This document shows positions 38,533 to 46,829 of a DNA stretch of 64,000 nucleotides, piece by piece. This DNA is from a virus (taxonomy: Duplodnaviria > Caudoviricetes). Within the stretch, counting starts at the first letter, position 1. Each line of letters opens with the position of its first letter. Below the pieces are notes generated by a model. The model made no database searches. It was not told the origin of the DNA and worked only from the letters and a program-made list of their open reading frames with translations. The translations under genes were made by a program, and so were the position numbers. Location: IMG/VR virus record IMGVR_UViG_3300048890_000142, positions 22,651-86,650 of that record. The stretch is one strand, 5' to 3'.

Positions 38533-40448
38533 TCGGTCTCCCGTGTTGCTTCGTCGACGACCGTGAACAAGTCGGTCCTGAGGATCCGCGCCTCCTCGGC
38601 GTCCAGTGCCGAGGTATCGAGGCTGGCCCTGGCGAGCTCGGCGCGGTCTCGGGTGATCTCGTCGAGGCGCAGCATCTTCTCCAGCAGCGCGTCGACCTGG
38701 TCCTCCTCCACCGTGTCTTCGGTGATGATGTCGATCACCAGGACGGACTCGTGGCGCTCGCTGCCGATCCGGTGGTTGCGGTCTTCCTTCTGACGTTCGT
38801 CGACCAGGGACCAGGACCGCTGGAGGTTGATCAGCACGTCGGCCGCGGACATGTCCAGACCGGTGCCGCCGGACTGCCCGGTGAACAGCAGGACCTTGAT
38901 CCGGCCGGCGTTGAGGGCGTCCAGGGCCTGGTCGCGGTCGTGCTGCGAGACGTCGCCGTCGATCACCGCGTGCGCGACGCCGAGCTTCTCCAGGCGCTTG
39001 GCGGCCATCCGGAGCAGTTGCTTGAACTGGGCTGACACCAGCACCGGCGGCCGGCTGAATCCCGGAGAGAGCACGCCGAGTTCCTCGAGCACGATCTCGA
39101 GCTCGTCGAGCTTCGGGGACGGTTCGCGCAGGCTGATCTTCCACGTACTCACCTTGTTGGGATCTACCCGATCGACGTCCACGCTCGCGCACGCGAACTG
39201 CATGAGGCGGGCGTTCTTGACGAGGTGGTTCTGGGCCACGAACAGGCCGCCGTCGACGGTCGTTCGCAGGTCCTGCTTGAGCTCCTCGTAGACCCGGCGC
39301 ATCTGCGGGGTGAGCTGGGTGCGCCGAGTCATCCGGGTGCGCGGAGGGAGCTGGGACAGCACGACCGCCTTGAGCATCCGCCGGAAGCGGGGATCGAGGA
39401 TCCTGAACAGCTCCTGGCGAGTATCCGGCCGGATGCCGACGAACTCCATGTTGCCGAACGCCGTGGTCTGCCCGAGGCAGAAGCGGTTGAGATAGTCGCC
39501 ACGGGTGGGGAAGTCGTCGGGCGCCACCGCGTGCATGATCGACCATAGGTCACCGGGGTGGGTGGCGATCGGCGTGCCGGTGAGCGCCCAGCGCCGCGTC
39601 ACCGACGGCGAGTGCATGACGTGCCAGACGGCGCGGGTCTGTAGGGCCTGGGGGTTCTTTCCCCGGTGGGCCTCGTCCCAGACGACCGTCCTGAACTCGA
39701 ATTCGTTGAGCTCCTTGTGGTGGACCTCGCAGCGCGCCGTGGACAGCCCCTCCTCCCCGTACTTCGGGTCGCAGGTGCGACAGCGCTTCAGACGCACCGA
39801 GCCGTAGGGCGCGAGGCGGCTGAACAGGCGCATGGCCTCGATCCCGACGAAGACGACCGCCGTCGGGTCGGCGATCGCCGCCTTGAGGATCTTGCGTCGC
39901 TTGGCGGCGGTACCTTCCACGACGTAGGGCGTGGCCGCCGGGAGCCACCGGGGGACGTGGCGCTCCCAGTGCCGCTTCACGCCGGATGGGCAGATCACCA
40001 GGGCCGGCAGGGCGTCATCGAAGCCGGCGATCGCGTGCAGCAGGCCCATGACTTGCACGGTCTTTCCGGCCCCAGGTTCGTCGGCGAGCAGGCCGGACCC
40101 GGCGGCGTGCATGAACTGCACGCCGGCGGCCTGGAACGGGTAGAGGCCCTCGAGCAGCGGGGTGTCGTCTCCGGGGTCGGGCTCGAGCTCGGTCCGCTTC
40201 CGCAGCGCGACGTCCACGCGTTCCTCGCGGACTCGCCAGGCCCAGTCGATCGCGTCCTGACCGAGGGTGAGTTGCTGGCCGAAGAGTCCTCGGGCCGTGA
40301 CGATCGAGGCCCAGGACGGGACGAGGCGCCAGGTACTCGCCTTCGCGTCCCACCGGCTGCCGGGGATCGCCTCGGCGAGGGCCTTCTCGTTCCACGCCGT
40401 GGAGAGCAGGATCTCGCCGTTCGCGGGGTCGATCGTGGCGTGGGCCAT
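38529..40448 (-). CDS. SNF2-family DNA helicase
   Basis: LYPFQ, ADEPGAGKT, WDEAH, LTGTP, GGTGLD and EDRNHRIG; Cys-rich insertion CRTC..C..H. Confidence 0.9.
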   Translation of the reverse strand: MAHATIDPANGEILLSTAWNEKALAEAIPGSRWDAKASTWRLVPSWASIVTARGLFGQQLTLGQDAIDWAWRVREERVDVALRKRTELEPDPGDDTPLLEGLYPFQAAGVQFMHAAGSGLLADEPGAGKTVQVMGLLHAIAGFDDALPALVICPSGVKRHWERHVPRWLPAATPYVVEGTAAKRRKILKAAIADPTAVVFVGIEAMRLFSRLAPYGSVRLKRCRTCDPKYGEEGLSTARCEVHHKELNEFEFRTVVWDEAHRGKNPQALQTRAVWHVMHSPSVTRRWALTGTPIATHPGDLWSIMHAVAPDDFPTRGDYLNRFCLGQTTAFGNMEFVGIRPDTRQELFRILDPRFRRMLKAVVLSQLPPRTRMTRRTQLTPQMRRVYEELKQDLRTTVDGGLFVAQNHLVKNARLMQFACASVDVDRVDPNKVSTWKISLREPSPKLDELEIVLEELGVLSPGFSRPPVLVSAQFKQLLRMAAKRLEKLGVAHAVIDGDVSQHDRDQALDALNAGRIKVLLFTGQSGGTGLDMSAADVLINLQRSWSLVDERQKEDRNHRIGSERHESVLVIDIITEDTVEEDQVDALLEKMLRLDEITRDRAELARASLDTSALDAEEARILRTDLFTVVDEATRETE

Positions 40449-40481
40449 CGGTCCGTCGTTCCTCCGGGTCCGGTCGATCTA

Positions 40482-40997
40482 TTAGTCAATAGTAGCACCC
40501 GGGTGGCGGGTGCGCTCCAGGAGCCGGCAGTAGGTCTGGGCTCGGTGGGTGGCCAGGCAGAGCAGGGCGTGCCGGGCTGCGTCGCGGACGTCGTCGGCGT
40601 CTGGAGCCTCGACTTCGGTCGGGGTCACCCAGAGCTCGAGCTTGCGCAGGAAGTCGTTGGTGGTGAAGCTCTTCGCGTCGGCCGGGCTCTGGAACACGAC
40701 CGGAATCCCGTACCGCGCGGCCAGCTCGATCACCGCGCCGATCACCTGCTGGGCGTCGGTCTGGCGGGTGTGTCTGACCGAGCCACCCGCGAAACGCTCC
40801 ATCGCGATGAGCACGTCCCCGCCGTCGGGCTGGGCGTCCTCGAGCAGCTTTCCCAGGTACGTCAGGGCGCCCTCGGGCGTCCCCTGATAGGCGCCGACCA
40901 TGAGGCCGTTGCGCAGGCCGAACACTCCGACGCTCGTGCCCGGGTCCACCCCGATCACCCAGCACGCCGGGGCGATCTCGTATTCCGTGTCTGTCAC
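40482..40997 (-). CDS. ruvC: RuvC-like Holliday junction resolvase
   Basis: IGVDPG, IAMERF, QSPADAK and DDVRDAARH. Confidence 0.75.
   Translation of the reverse strand: MTDTEYEIAPACWVIGVDPGTSVGVFGLRNGLMVGAYQGTPEGALTYLGKLLEDAQPDGGDVLIAMERFAGGSVRHTRQTDAQQVIGAVIELAARYGIPVVFQSPADAKSFTTNDFLRKLELWVTPTEVEAPDADDVRDAARHALLCLATHRAQTYCRLLERTRHPGATID
40489..40497 (-). promoter_or_regulatory. Extended -10 promoter candidate for the helicase
   Basis: TG-C-TACTAT within an AT-rich patch 41 nt upstream of ATG 40448. Confidence 0.45.
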
Positions 40998-42802
40998 GCC
41001 GCCACCAGCTCGCTGCACTCGCCCCAGTTGGGTCCGATCTCCACGCTCCAGGTGAGCGGCACGCTGAGCGTCTCGTCGTCGCTGACCACGTCGAGCAGCG
41101 TCGCGGCGACCTCGCGGACGTCCTGCTCCGGGACGTCGAGGTCGAACTCGTCGTGCACGAACAGGGTCAGGTAGTCGCCGAGGCCGGCGTGGTCGGCCGC
41201 GACCGCCTTGAGCTTGAGTAGCTCCGCCGCGGTGCCCTGGATCAGGTAGTTCACCAGGGCGTAGATCCGGCGAGCGTCGGCCACGTGCCGGCGTCCGGTG
41301 AGCGGGGAGCGTACGTAGGCGACGCCCTCGTTCGCGAGCCGGCCGTTGGCCAGCCGCTCGACCTCGCGGATCCAGGCCGGCACCCGCGGGTAGAGCGCGT
41401 CGAAGCGCCGCATGAATGCGGTACCTTCTTCCAGGGGCACGCCGGCGGTCGCCGAGAACTTCTCCGGTCCAGCGCCGTAGACGCGCCCGTAATTACCGTT
41501 TTTGACCAGATCTCGCCGCGGGTCTTCCCGTTGGAAGTCCGGCTCGTTGAAGAGGTTCCTGGCCATGTTGACGAAGAAATCACCCTCGGACAGGAACGCC
41601 TGGATCATGCCCGGGTCCTGTGAGAAGTGCGCCATCATGCGCATCTCGATCTGGTCCGCGTCGCACTTCATCCAGAGGTTACCCTCGGTCGGCCAGAAGC
41701 AGCGCCGGATCGCCTTGCCGCGCGGGCCGCGGCGCGGCACGTTCTGCAGGTTCGGGTGGTCCATGGACATCCGTCCGGTGCGCACCCCGGAGCCGCCGCC
41801 CGGCTCGAACGGGTTCTTGTCCGTACCGCCGACCGTGTTGATCGACGGGTGGATCCGGCCGTCGCGCTCGGACAGCTCGACGTAGTGGCGCAGGTAGGTG
41901 GACACCAGCTTCTCGGCTTGCCGGCGACTGAGTACCGGACCGGCGAGCGGGTGGACGTCGGCGAGCGCCTCGAGGACGTATTTGTCCAGGCTGATGCTGC
42001 CGCCCTGGGTCGTCTTGGTGAACTCGACCCCGTCGTCCCGCATGCGCCGGATCACCTGGACGCTGGATCCCGGGGAGACCCCGTAATGGGTCCGGCACCA
42101 GCGCTCCACCTCGAGCACGTGCTCGGTGAGCTGGTCGGACAGCTGCTCGACGTACTCCCGGTCTACCCGGACGCCCTTGCGCTCCATGCGCTCGGCGATC
42201 CAGGAGACGGCCAGCTCGAGCTCGTAGGCGCGCAGTGCCTCGGCCTCGACCTGGGGCCGGAGCATCTCCTCGAGCTGGTAGGTCAAGACGGTGTCCACGC
42301 CGCCGTAGAACCAGTAGGGCTCGAGGTCGACCGGGACGGTCGCCCAGTCCCAGCCGCCCCGCGTCATCGCGTCGTCGAGCTGCTGCTGGCCGACGGCGGC
42401 GCGCGGATCGATCATCCTGCGGGTGACGTTCTTCAGCGCCAGCGAGCCGGTGGACTCCAGCACGTGCAGCCGGAAGCGGGTGTCGTCCACCCGGTGCGGC
42501 GCGACGCGGATCCCCTCCCGGCGCAGCATCGGGCAGTCGTACATCGGGCCGTTGTGGGTGGAGTAGCGCCCCTCGAACTTGCGGATCGCCTCCTCGACGA
42601 CGCCGCCCCAGCGCTCGAAAGGGATGGCCCAGGCCTCGCGCGCGTCGCCGAACTGGACGAGCCGGACTCGGTCGCTGTCCTTGTCCAGGCCGGAACACTC
42701 CGTGTCCAGCGCCACCCGGTCGTGGAAGGAGAGCCAGCGCAGGAAGTCGCCGGCGGCGTCGACGGAGTCGACCAGGTGGACCTGGACGCCGTCGAGGCTC
42801 AC
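40994..42802 (-). CDS. polA: DNA polymerase I (family A, with 3'-5' exonuclease)
   Basis: ALDTE exonuclease motif; DADQIEMR (A), RDLVKNGNYGRVYG (B, Tyr at the 762-equivalent position), VHDE (C). Confidence 0.95.
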   Translation of the reverse strand: MSLDGVQVHLVDSVDAAGDFLRWLSFHDRVALDTECSGLDKDSDRVRLVQFGDAREAWAIPFERWGGVVEEAIRKFEGRYSTHNGPMYDCPMLRREGIRVAPHRVDDTRFRLHVLESTGSLALKNVTRRMIDPRAAVGQQQLDDAMTRGGWDWATVPVDLEPYWFYGGVDTVLTYQLEEMLRPQVEAEALRAYELELAVSWIAERMERKGVRVDREYVEQLSDQLTEHVLEVERWCRTHYGVSPGSSVQVIRRMRDDGVEFTKTTQGGSISLDKYVLEALADVHPLAGPVLSRRQAEKLVSTYLRHYVELSERDGRIHPSINTVGGTDKNPFEPGGGSGVRTGRMSMDHPNLQNVPRRGPRGKAIRRCFWPTEGNLWMKCDADQIEMRMMAHFSQDPGMIQAFLSEGDFFVNMARNLFNEPDFQREDPRRDLVKNGNYGRVYGAGPEKFSATAGVPLEEGTAFMRRFDALYPRVPAWIREVERLANGRLANEGVAYVRSPLTGRRHVADARRIYALVNYLIQGTAAELLKLKAVAADHAGLGDYLTLFVHDEFDLDVPEQDVREVAATLLDVVSDDETLSVPLTWSVEIGPNWGECSELVAA

Positions 42803-42963
42803 CGCGCCTGCCCGCGCAGGGTGAAGCGGGGCATGCCCTGCTCCCTCCAGTCCAGGTAACCGCAGAGGATCACGACGGAACAGATCGTGGACATGGTGCC
42901 GGACATGCCGGCGGTCCCGGCGATCGCGCCGATCAGGAAGAACGGCAGGAGGAGTCGATACAC
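42799..42963 (-). CDS. Small two-TM protein (54 aa; absent from the ORF track)
   Basis: MYRLLLPFFLIGAIAG...; GTGA overlap with polA. Confidence 0.55.
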   Translation of the reverse strand: MYRLLLPFFLIGAIAGTAGMSGTMSTICSVVILCGYLDWREQGMPRFTLRGQAR

Positions 42964-42965
42964 GG

Positions 42966-43217
42966 CTACTCCCCCGGAGAGTCGGCGGACGCCTCGGCCG
43001 CGTCGCGGTCACGGACGACCTGCTCGATCCGGCCCGCCTCGCCGTCGAGCGCGACCAGCGCCGCGCGGAAGTCGTTGATCGTGGCCAGCACCTCGACGGC
43101 GGGGACGTCGCGCAGTCCGCGCTGGTGCTCCTCGACCAGCATGGTGAGGACGTTCCACCTCTCGAACATGTGCTGGGCAGCTTCGGTGAACCGGTCTGAC
43201 ACGGGGATATTCACCAC
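42966..43217 (-). CDS. Hypothetical helical protein
   Basis: AGGAAGAG RBS. Confidence 0.6.
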   Translation of the reverse strand: MVNIPVSDRFTEAAQHMFERWNVLTMLVEEHQRGLRDVPAVEVLATINDFRAALVALDGEAGRIEQVVRDRDAAEASADSPGE

Positions 43218-43260
43218 GGACACTCTTCCTCAAGGACTGGGCTCGGCGGGGAACCGGGGC

Positions 43261-43292
43261 GGGAGGCCGGGATTACCCTATCCCGACCTCCC
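43261..43292 (-). terminator. 13-bp hairpin closing the ncRNA unit
   Basis: GGGAGGTCGGGAT-AGGGTA-ATCCCGGCCTCCC; no U-tract. Confidence 0.6.
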
Positions 43293-43300
43293 TTCATGTT

Positions 43301-43319
43301 TCCCGATTTGCAGTCAGGA
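43301..43319 (-). ncRNA. Isolated tRNA-Cys(GCA)-like anticodon stem-loop
   Basis: TCCTGA-CTGCAAA-TCGGGA; no flanking D or T arm. Confidence 0.45.
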
Positions 43320-43349
43320 CTCGCCTTACGCGCGCGGACCGACGTTTAA

Positions 43350-43460
43350 GGACACTCGGCTCTGCTGATGACGTCGCGTCTTGCCATTGGACTACGTCCG
43401 CACGGAATTGGAGCGGACGGCTGGGTTCGAACCAGCACCTCGACGTCTGTGAACCTGTCC
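43350..43460 (-). ncRNA. Circularly permuted tRNA-Gly-like RNA (YrlA/Y-RNA topology), 111 nt
   Basis: T arm GCTGG-TTCGAAC-CCAGC, then CGTCCGC-T-CCA, 7-nt linker, GCGGACG-TA, D arm; closing stems GACGTCG/CGACGTC, GGTTC/GAGCC and GGACA/TGTCC. Confidence 0.8.
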
Positions 43461-43496
43461 GGAAGATGCCCGCGCTGGGCGCTTGCTGACGATCTT

Positions 43497-43740
43497 GTAG
43501 CGGAATTCTCATTCTCGGGGCACCCGTGCCTCTACCGGTTGGGCTACCCCGACTGAGGAAGCCCTCTGCTGCGACACAGAGAGCTCCCGAATTCCCGATG
43601 CCCGCCCGGACCAACTGGTGCGAACGTCGAGAAGAAGTACTCGCGAATCGGAGCGAGTACGTCGTGTCGGGGGAGGGGTTCGAACCCCCACTGTCGGGCG
43701 CTTGTTCAGGACGGTGATCGTGAGCTTGATCTTGCGCTAC
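43497..43740 (-). ncRNA. Circularly permuted tRNA-Leu-like RNA with a ~111-nt insertion
   Basis: GCGCCCG-ACAGT, T arm, CCCCGAC-A ... GTCGGGG-TA-GCCCAACCGGTAGAGGC-A-CGGGTGC; the 5' end GTAGCG pairs with CGCTAC. Confidence 0.75.
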
Positions 43741-43949
43741 GTCTGTAGATTACCAGACTTCAAGAGCGTCGTCAACGACTCGATGTAGTCGATCACGGCA
43801 CAGCACGCGACGTGCGGGGCCGCCGCTAGCGCGCACTCAAGGCCGTAGGCGACGACGCCCTCGGTCTCGTCGGGGCCGATCGTCACGGCCGGCAACGGGA
43901 CGCCCAGCACGGCGCGCCGGGCTTCCTCAGATAGCTCCGCGCGGCTCAC
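43737..43949 (-). CDS. Hypothetical protein
   Basis: GTGA overlap; its 3' end contains the ncRNA promoter. Confidence 0.5.
   Translation of the reverse strand: MSRAELSEEARRAVLGVPLPAVTIGPDETEGVVAYGLECALAAAPHVACCAVIDYIESLTTLLKSGNLQT
43747..43775 (-). promoter_or_regulatory. SigA-type promoter of the ncRNA unit
   Basis: TTGACG-17 nt-TAATCT; predicted start near 43740. Confidence 0.75.
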
Positions 43950-44158
43950 GGGATTCGCCGGCTAGCGGATTGCCGCGCAATCCACTCAAGGTCGTTCTCG
44001 AGCTCCATCTTGGCGATCTCCCGCGAGTACTTCAATCGCGCCTGGTCGCGAGTGCTCAAGAGACCAAGGACCAGGACGCCGAGCAGGACCAGCGCCGCGG
44101 CCGCGTAGAGGATCAGGACGAGCGCCGCGAACGGGCCCGGGATCGTTATCGCGTCCAT
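43946..44158 (-). CDS. Small membrane protein
   Basis: One long TM helix; translational coupling on both sides. Confidence 0.6.
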   Translation of the reverse strand: MDAITIPGPFAALVLILYAAAALVLLGVLVLGLLSTRDQARLKYSREIAKMELENDLEWIARQSASRRIP

Positions 44159-44931
44159 CAGTCCCGGTCCCCACTGACCTGGCCGCCGTCCAAGAGGTAG
44201 CTGAAGATCGCCTCGGAGTACGAGACGTCGACGACCTCGACGAGGTTCGCCCGCTCGCGGGCGGCCTTCACCGCGTCGCGCAGCCGGTCGATCCGGTCCA
44301 GCAGCTCGCGCTGGCGGTCCCACGGCAGGGCGCCGGAGTGCTTCACCAGGCTCCAGGTGCCGACTACGTCGTCCACCTCGTAGCGGTCGACCTGGGCCGG
44401 GTGCTCCGGGGTGGCCTTGACCATCACCTCGTAGCGCCGCGTCCGCTGGGTGCGGTGGGTCTGGATCGGGTCCGTGCGGTAGTGCCCGAGCGCCTCGTCG
44501 TAGTGCCACTGCTCCGCGGGATCCAGTACCGGCATCTTGGCGACGAACGTGCGCATGTCGGTGAGCTGCTTCTCCAGCCACAGTAGGTGCGTGGCCGGGA
44601 CGGCGCGCAGGAGCGGGGTCGTCCCGCCGGCGACGTCGACCACGCTGACGTCGGCCCTCGCGACCGAGTTGGTCGCGTCCCGCGAGGCGGTCAGGTCCCA
44701 CGGGCGAGCGAGCAGGTCGGCCAACTGGCGCAGCACGTCCGCGGCCTTCACCTGGACCTTCTTGGATTCCGAAGCCAGCGGGTCGCCGCCCTCGATGTAG
44801 GGCTCGTAGGTGCGGGACAGGCCGTCGTAGATCGTCGGCTTCTGCGCCTCGCGGTGCATGGCGGTCAGTTTCTGGTGCAGGCGCTCCCGCTCGCCCTTCT
44901 CCAGGGCGAGCAGGACGTTCATCTTGGTCAC
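44158..44931 (-). CDS. Conserved coiled-coil protein (DUF7873-like)
   Basis: KMNVLLALEKG...GLSRTYEP...ESKKVQVKA...ATN..ARADV...VPATHLLWLEKQL; AAGGAG RBS. Confidence 0.7.
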   Translation of the reverse strand: MTKMNVLLALEKGERERLHQKLTAMHREAQKPTIYDGLSRTYEPYIEGGDPLASESKKVQVKAADVLRQLADLLARPWDLTASRDATNSVARADVSVVDVAGGTTPLLRAVPATHLLWLEKQLTDMRTFVAKMPVLDPAEQWHYDEALGHYRTDPIQTHRTQRTRRYEVMVKATPEHPAQVDRYEVDDVVGTWSLVKHSGALPWDRQRELLDRIDRLRDAVKAARERANLVEVVDVSYSEAIFSYLLDGGQVSGDRD

Positions 44932-44980
44932 GCGCGTCACTCCTTTGATCATCGTGATAGTGAGGTCTCAACTACCTGGG

Positions 44981-45532
44981 CTACGCCGCGAAGGCCTTGG
45001 CGCAGACGGGGCCGATGCCTCGCTCGACGGACTCGGCGGCCTTGAGGAACCGGCCGCAGTTCAGGCAGCGACCGTAGACCAGGGTCAGGGTGCGGGCGCG
45101 CTCTGCGGACATGCGGTGCTCGGGCCGGATCCTGGCGATCGCGCCGGCTGCGTACTCGAACTCGACGTTCGCGACCTCGCCGGCCTCGGTCATACGGCGA
45201 CCGCCGATCTCGACGAGCACCTTGGCGTAGAGACCGGTCTTCGACCGGTTCCATTTCACGACGTAGATGCTCGTGCCGACCTCGTAGACGCCCGGCTCGA
45301 TACCGGGAACCACTTCGCTCTGGTCGCGCGGTTGGCGCATGATCCAGTCGATCTTGTTGGACAGGGTGAGTTGGTCCGGCTGTTCGGTGGCGACCCACTC
45401 GATCGCCGCGGCCATTCGTTCGGCGCCCGTCTCGCCCCAGCTCGGGATCTGGCGCTCGGAGACGAGGCGATAGAACAGGCCGAGGGACTTCTCGGACGGC
45501 GCGTAGCGCCTGCGGGTCGCGGGGGTCGTCAT
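44981..45532 (-). CDS. DUF6011-containing protein
   Basis: C-terminal CLNCGRFLKAAESVERGIGPVCA. Confidence 0.7.
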   Translation of the reverse strand: MTTPATRRRYAPSEKSLGLFYRLVSERQIPSWGETGAERMAAAIEWVATEQPDQLTLSNKIDWIMRQPRDQSEVVPGIEPGVYEVGTSIYVVKWNRSKTGLYAKVLVEIGGRRMTEAGEVANVEFEYAAGAIARIRPEHRMSAERARTLTLVYGRCLNCGRFLKAAESVERGIGPVCAKAFAA

Positions 45533-45574
45533 GTCTGCGGTCTCCGTTCCGTCGGTCGAGTCGTACTGCTCTTG

Positions 45575-45604
45575 ACTATATCGGAGACGCGTGGACTACG
45601 TCAA
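45575..45604 (-). promoter_or_regulatory. SigA-type promoter
   Basis: TTGACG-18 nt-TATAGT upstream of ATG 45532. Confidence 0.8.
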
Positions 45605-45609
45605 CCGCG

Positions 45610-45891
45610 TTACCGACGGCGTTGAAGGCGACTATGACCGACGTGCCAGTGCAGCGGTGCCGTCTCCCCGTCTCGGTAGTCGGGTCCCCAGCGACAGGCG
45701 TAGGTGCGCAACCTGGATACTCGCCGGTAGCGGCGTCTCAGGAGTCCGCGCACGACCTGCTTCACCACCGTCAGTCGTGCGGCCCACCTGGTCGGGTAGC
45801 AGATCTTCCCGGTGTACCCGGCGCGTCGCAGGCTCCTCCGGCCGCCGTGCTGGTAGTTCCACCGCTCGGAGGGAGCGCGGGCACTAGCCAC
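45610..45891 (-). CDS. Basic Cys/His small protein
   Basis: GKICYPTRWAA...RTYACRWG...WHVGH; similar motif in 61870-62088. Confidence 0.55.
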   Translation of the reverse strand: MASARAPSERWNYQHGGRRSLRRAGYTGKICYPTRWAARLTVVKQVVRGLLRRRYRRVSRLRTYACRWGPDYRDGETAPLHWHVGHSRLQRRR

Positions 45892-46108
45892 GGTCCGACT
45901 CGTCGGGTGCCTCGTCACCCGGGACGTCCTCCCGCGCCGCGCCGAGCAGCGTCGCGAGCCGGTAGGCCGCCTGCTCCAGCTCGTTGCACGCGTACTCGCT
46001 GTCCGGGACGCCGAGTTCTGCGACGTCCGCGATGAGGTCGTCCGCGTTTCGAGAGAGCGACCAGGCGCGTTCTTCCAGATCCTCTAGACGGAGCCGGTCG
46101 ACCGTCAC
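45884..46108 (-). CDS. Hypothetical acidic helical protein
   Basis: Coupled overlaps. Confidence 0.55.
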   Translation of the reverse strand: MTVDRLRLEDLEERAWSLSRNADDLIADVAELGVPDSEYACNELEQAAYRLATLLGAAREDVPGDEAPDESDRG

Positions 46109-46335
46109 TCTGGCACCTCCACCGCGTCGCACACGGGGCAGAGGTTCGACTCCCACGCCATCTGGCAGAGCGGGCAGGGCACGTCGCCCGGCTTCGGGGG
46201 GTGCTCCTCGACGCCGCTCAGGTCGGCCCCGCACCAGCCCACGTCGGGGTCGCAGTGGTAGTAGTGGTAGACGTCGGCGTCGTCGAGCGCGGAGACCGGG
46301 TCGGGATCGCGCTCGAGGAGCGGGGCCACCGTCAT
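46105..46335 (-). CDS. Small Cys/His-rich zinc-binding protein
   Basis: HCDPDVGWCG...CPLC...CPVC. Confidence 0.6.
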   Translation of the reverse strand: MTVAPLLERDPDPVSALDDADVYHYYHCDPDVGWCGADLSGVEEHPPKPGDVPCPLCQMAWESNLCPVCDAVEVPE

Positions 46336-46829
46336 CGGACCTCCCACGCCGCGGTGTAGGTGCGCCGCGACGCCACCCCGGAGGTGACGTCCTTCCGGAT
46401 CCACGAGAGGAAACTCCGGGCGGCCTCCTCGTCGTCCACGACGCGAATGACGGCCGCGTGGTCGGGACCGTCGCCCCCGAACCAGACGCACCACTCCGTG
46501 CCCTCGTAGGCGACCCGGTCGGCCGCCGGGAGCGCGCGGTGTCCGAGCACGTCTCGGATGGCCCGATAAACCAGGGCGTCGGCCGCCAAGGTATCCACCG
46601 ACTCGACGTAGCCGTCTTCGTCGAACTTGCCCGCAACGAGGCCGGCGCGCAGCAGGGCCGTGTAGACGGGGTACTCCCAGGCGCCGTCGCCAAACGGGCG
46701 CTTGCTGGAGAAACCCTCGCCTTGTTGCCACAGGGTGGCGAGCAGCTCGAGGAGGTACCCGCGGACCGTGGTCGCGTCGACGTCGTTCTCCTCGATCGGC
46801 AGGTCCAGGACGGTCTGGGTATCGGTCAC
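46332..46829 (-). CDS. Conserved phage hypothetical protein
   Basis: TVRGYLLELLATLW..GEGFSSKRPFG..W. Confidence 0.65.
   Translation of the reverse strand: MTDTQTVLDLPIEENDVDATTVRGYLLELLATLWQQGEGFSSKRPFGDGAWEYPVYTALLRAGLVAGKFDEDGYVESVDTLAADALVYRAIRDVLGHRALPAADRVAYEGTEWCVWFGGDGPDHAAVIRVVDDEEAARSFLSWIRKDVTSGVASRRTYTAAWEVR

Noticed and set aside
43294-43717. ORFs 43294-43614, 43509-43691, 43368-43556 and 43526-43717
   Set aside because: No RBS or protein-like composition; they overlap the structured RNAs and are better explained as non-coding.
43350-43740. True circularly permuted tRNA genes that are spliced into decoding tRNAs
   Set aside because: Joining the halves gives no canonical anticodon loop (no U33; positions 32/38 extend the helix), and I saw no bulge-helix-bulge. 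A non-decoding mimic fits better.
43497-43740. Two-piece (permuted) tmRNA
   Set aside because: No G3-U70 alanine determinant, a real D stem is present, and no tag ORF ending in an Ala-rich degron was found.
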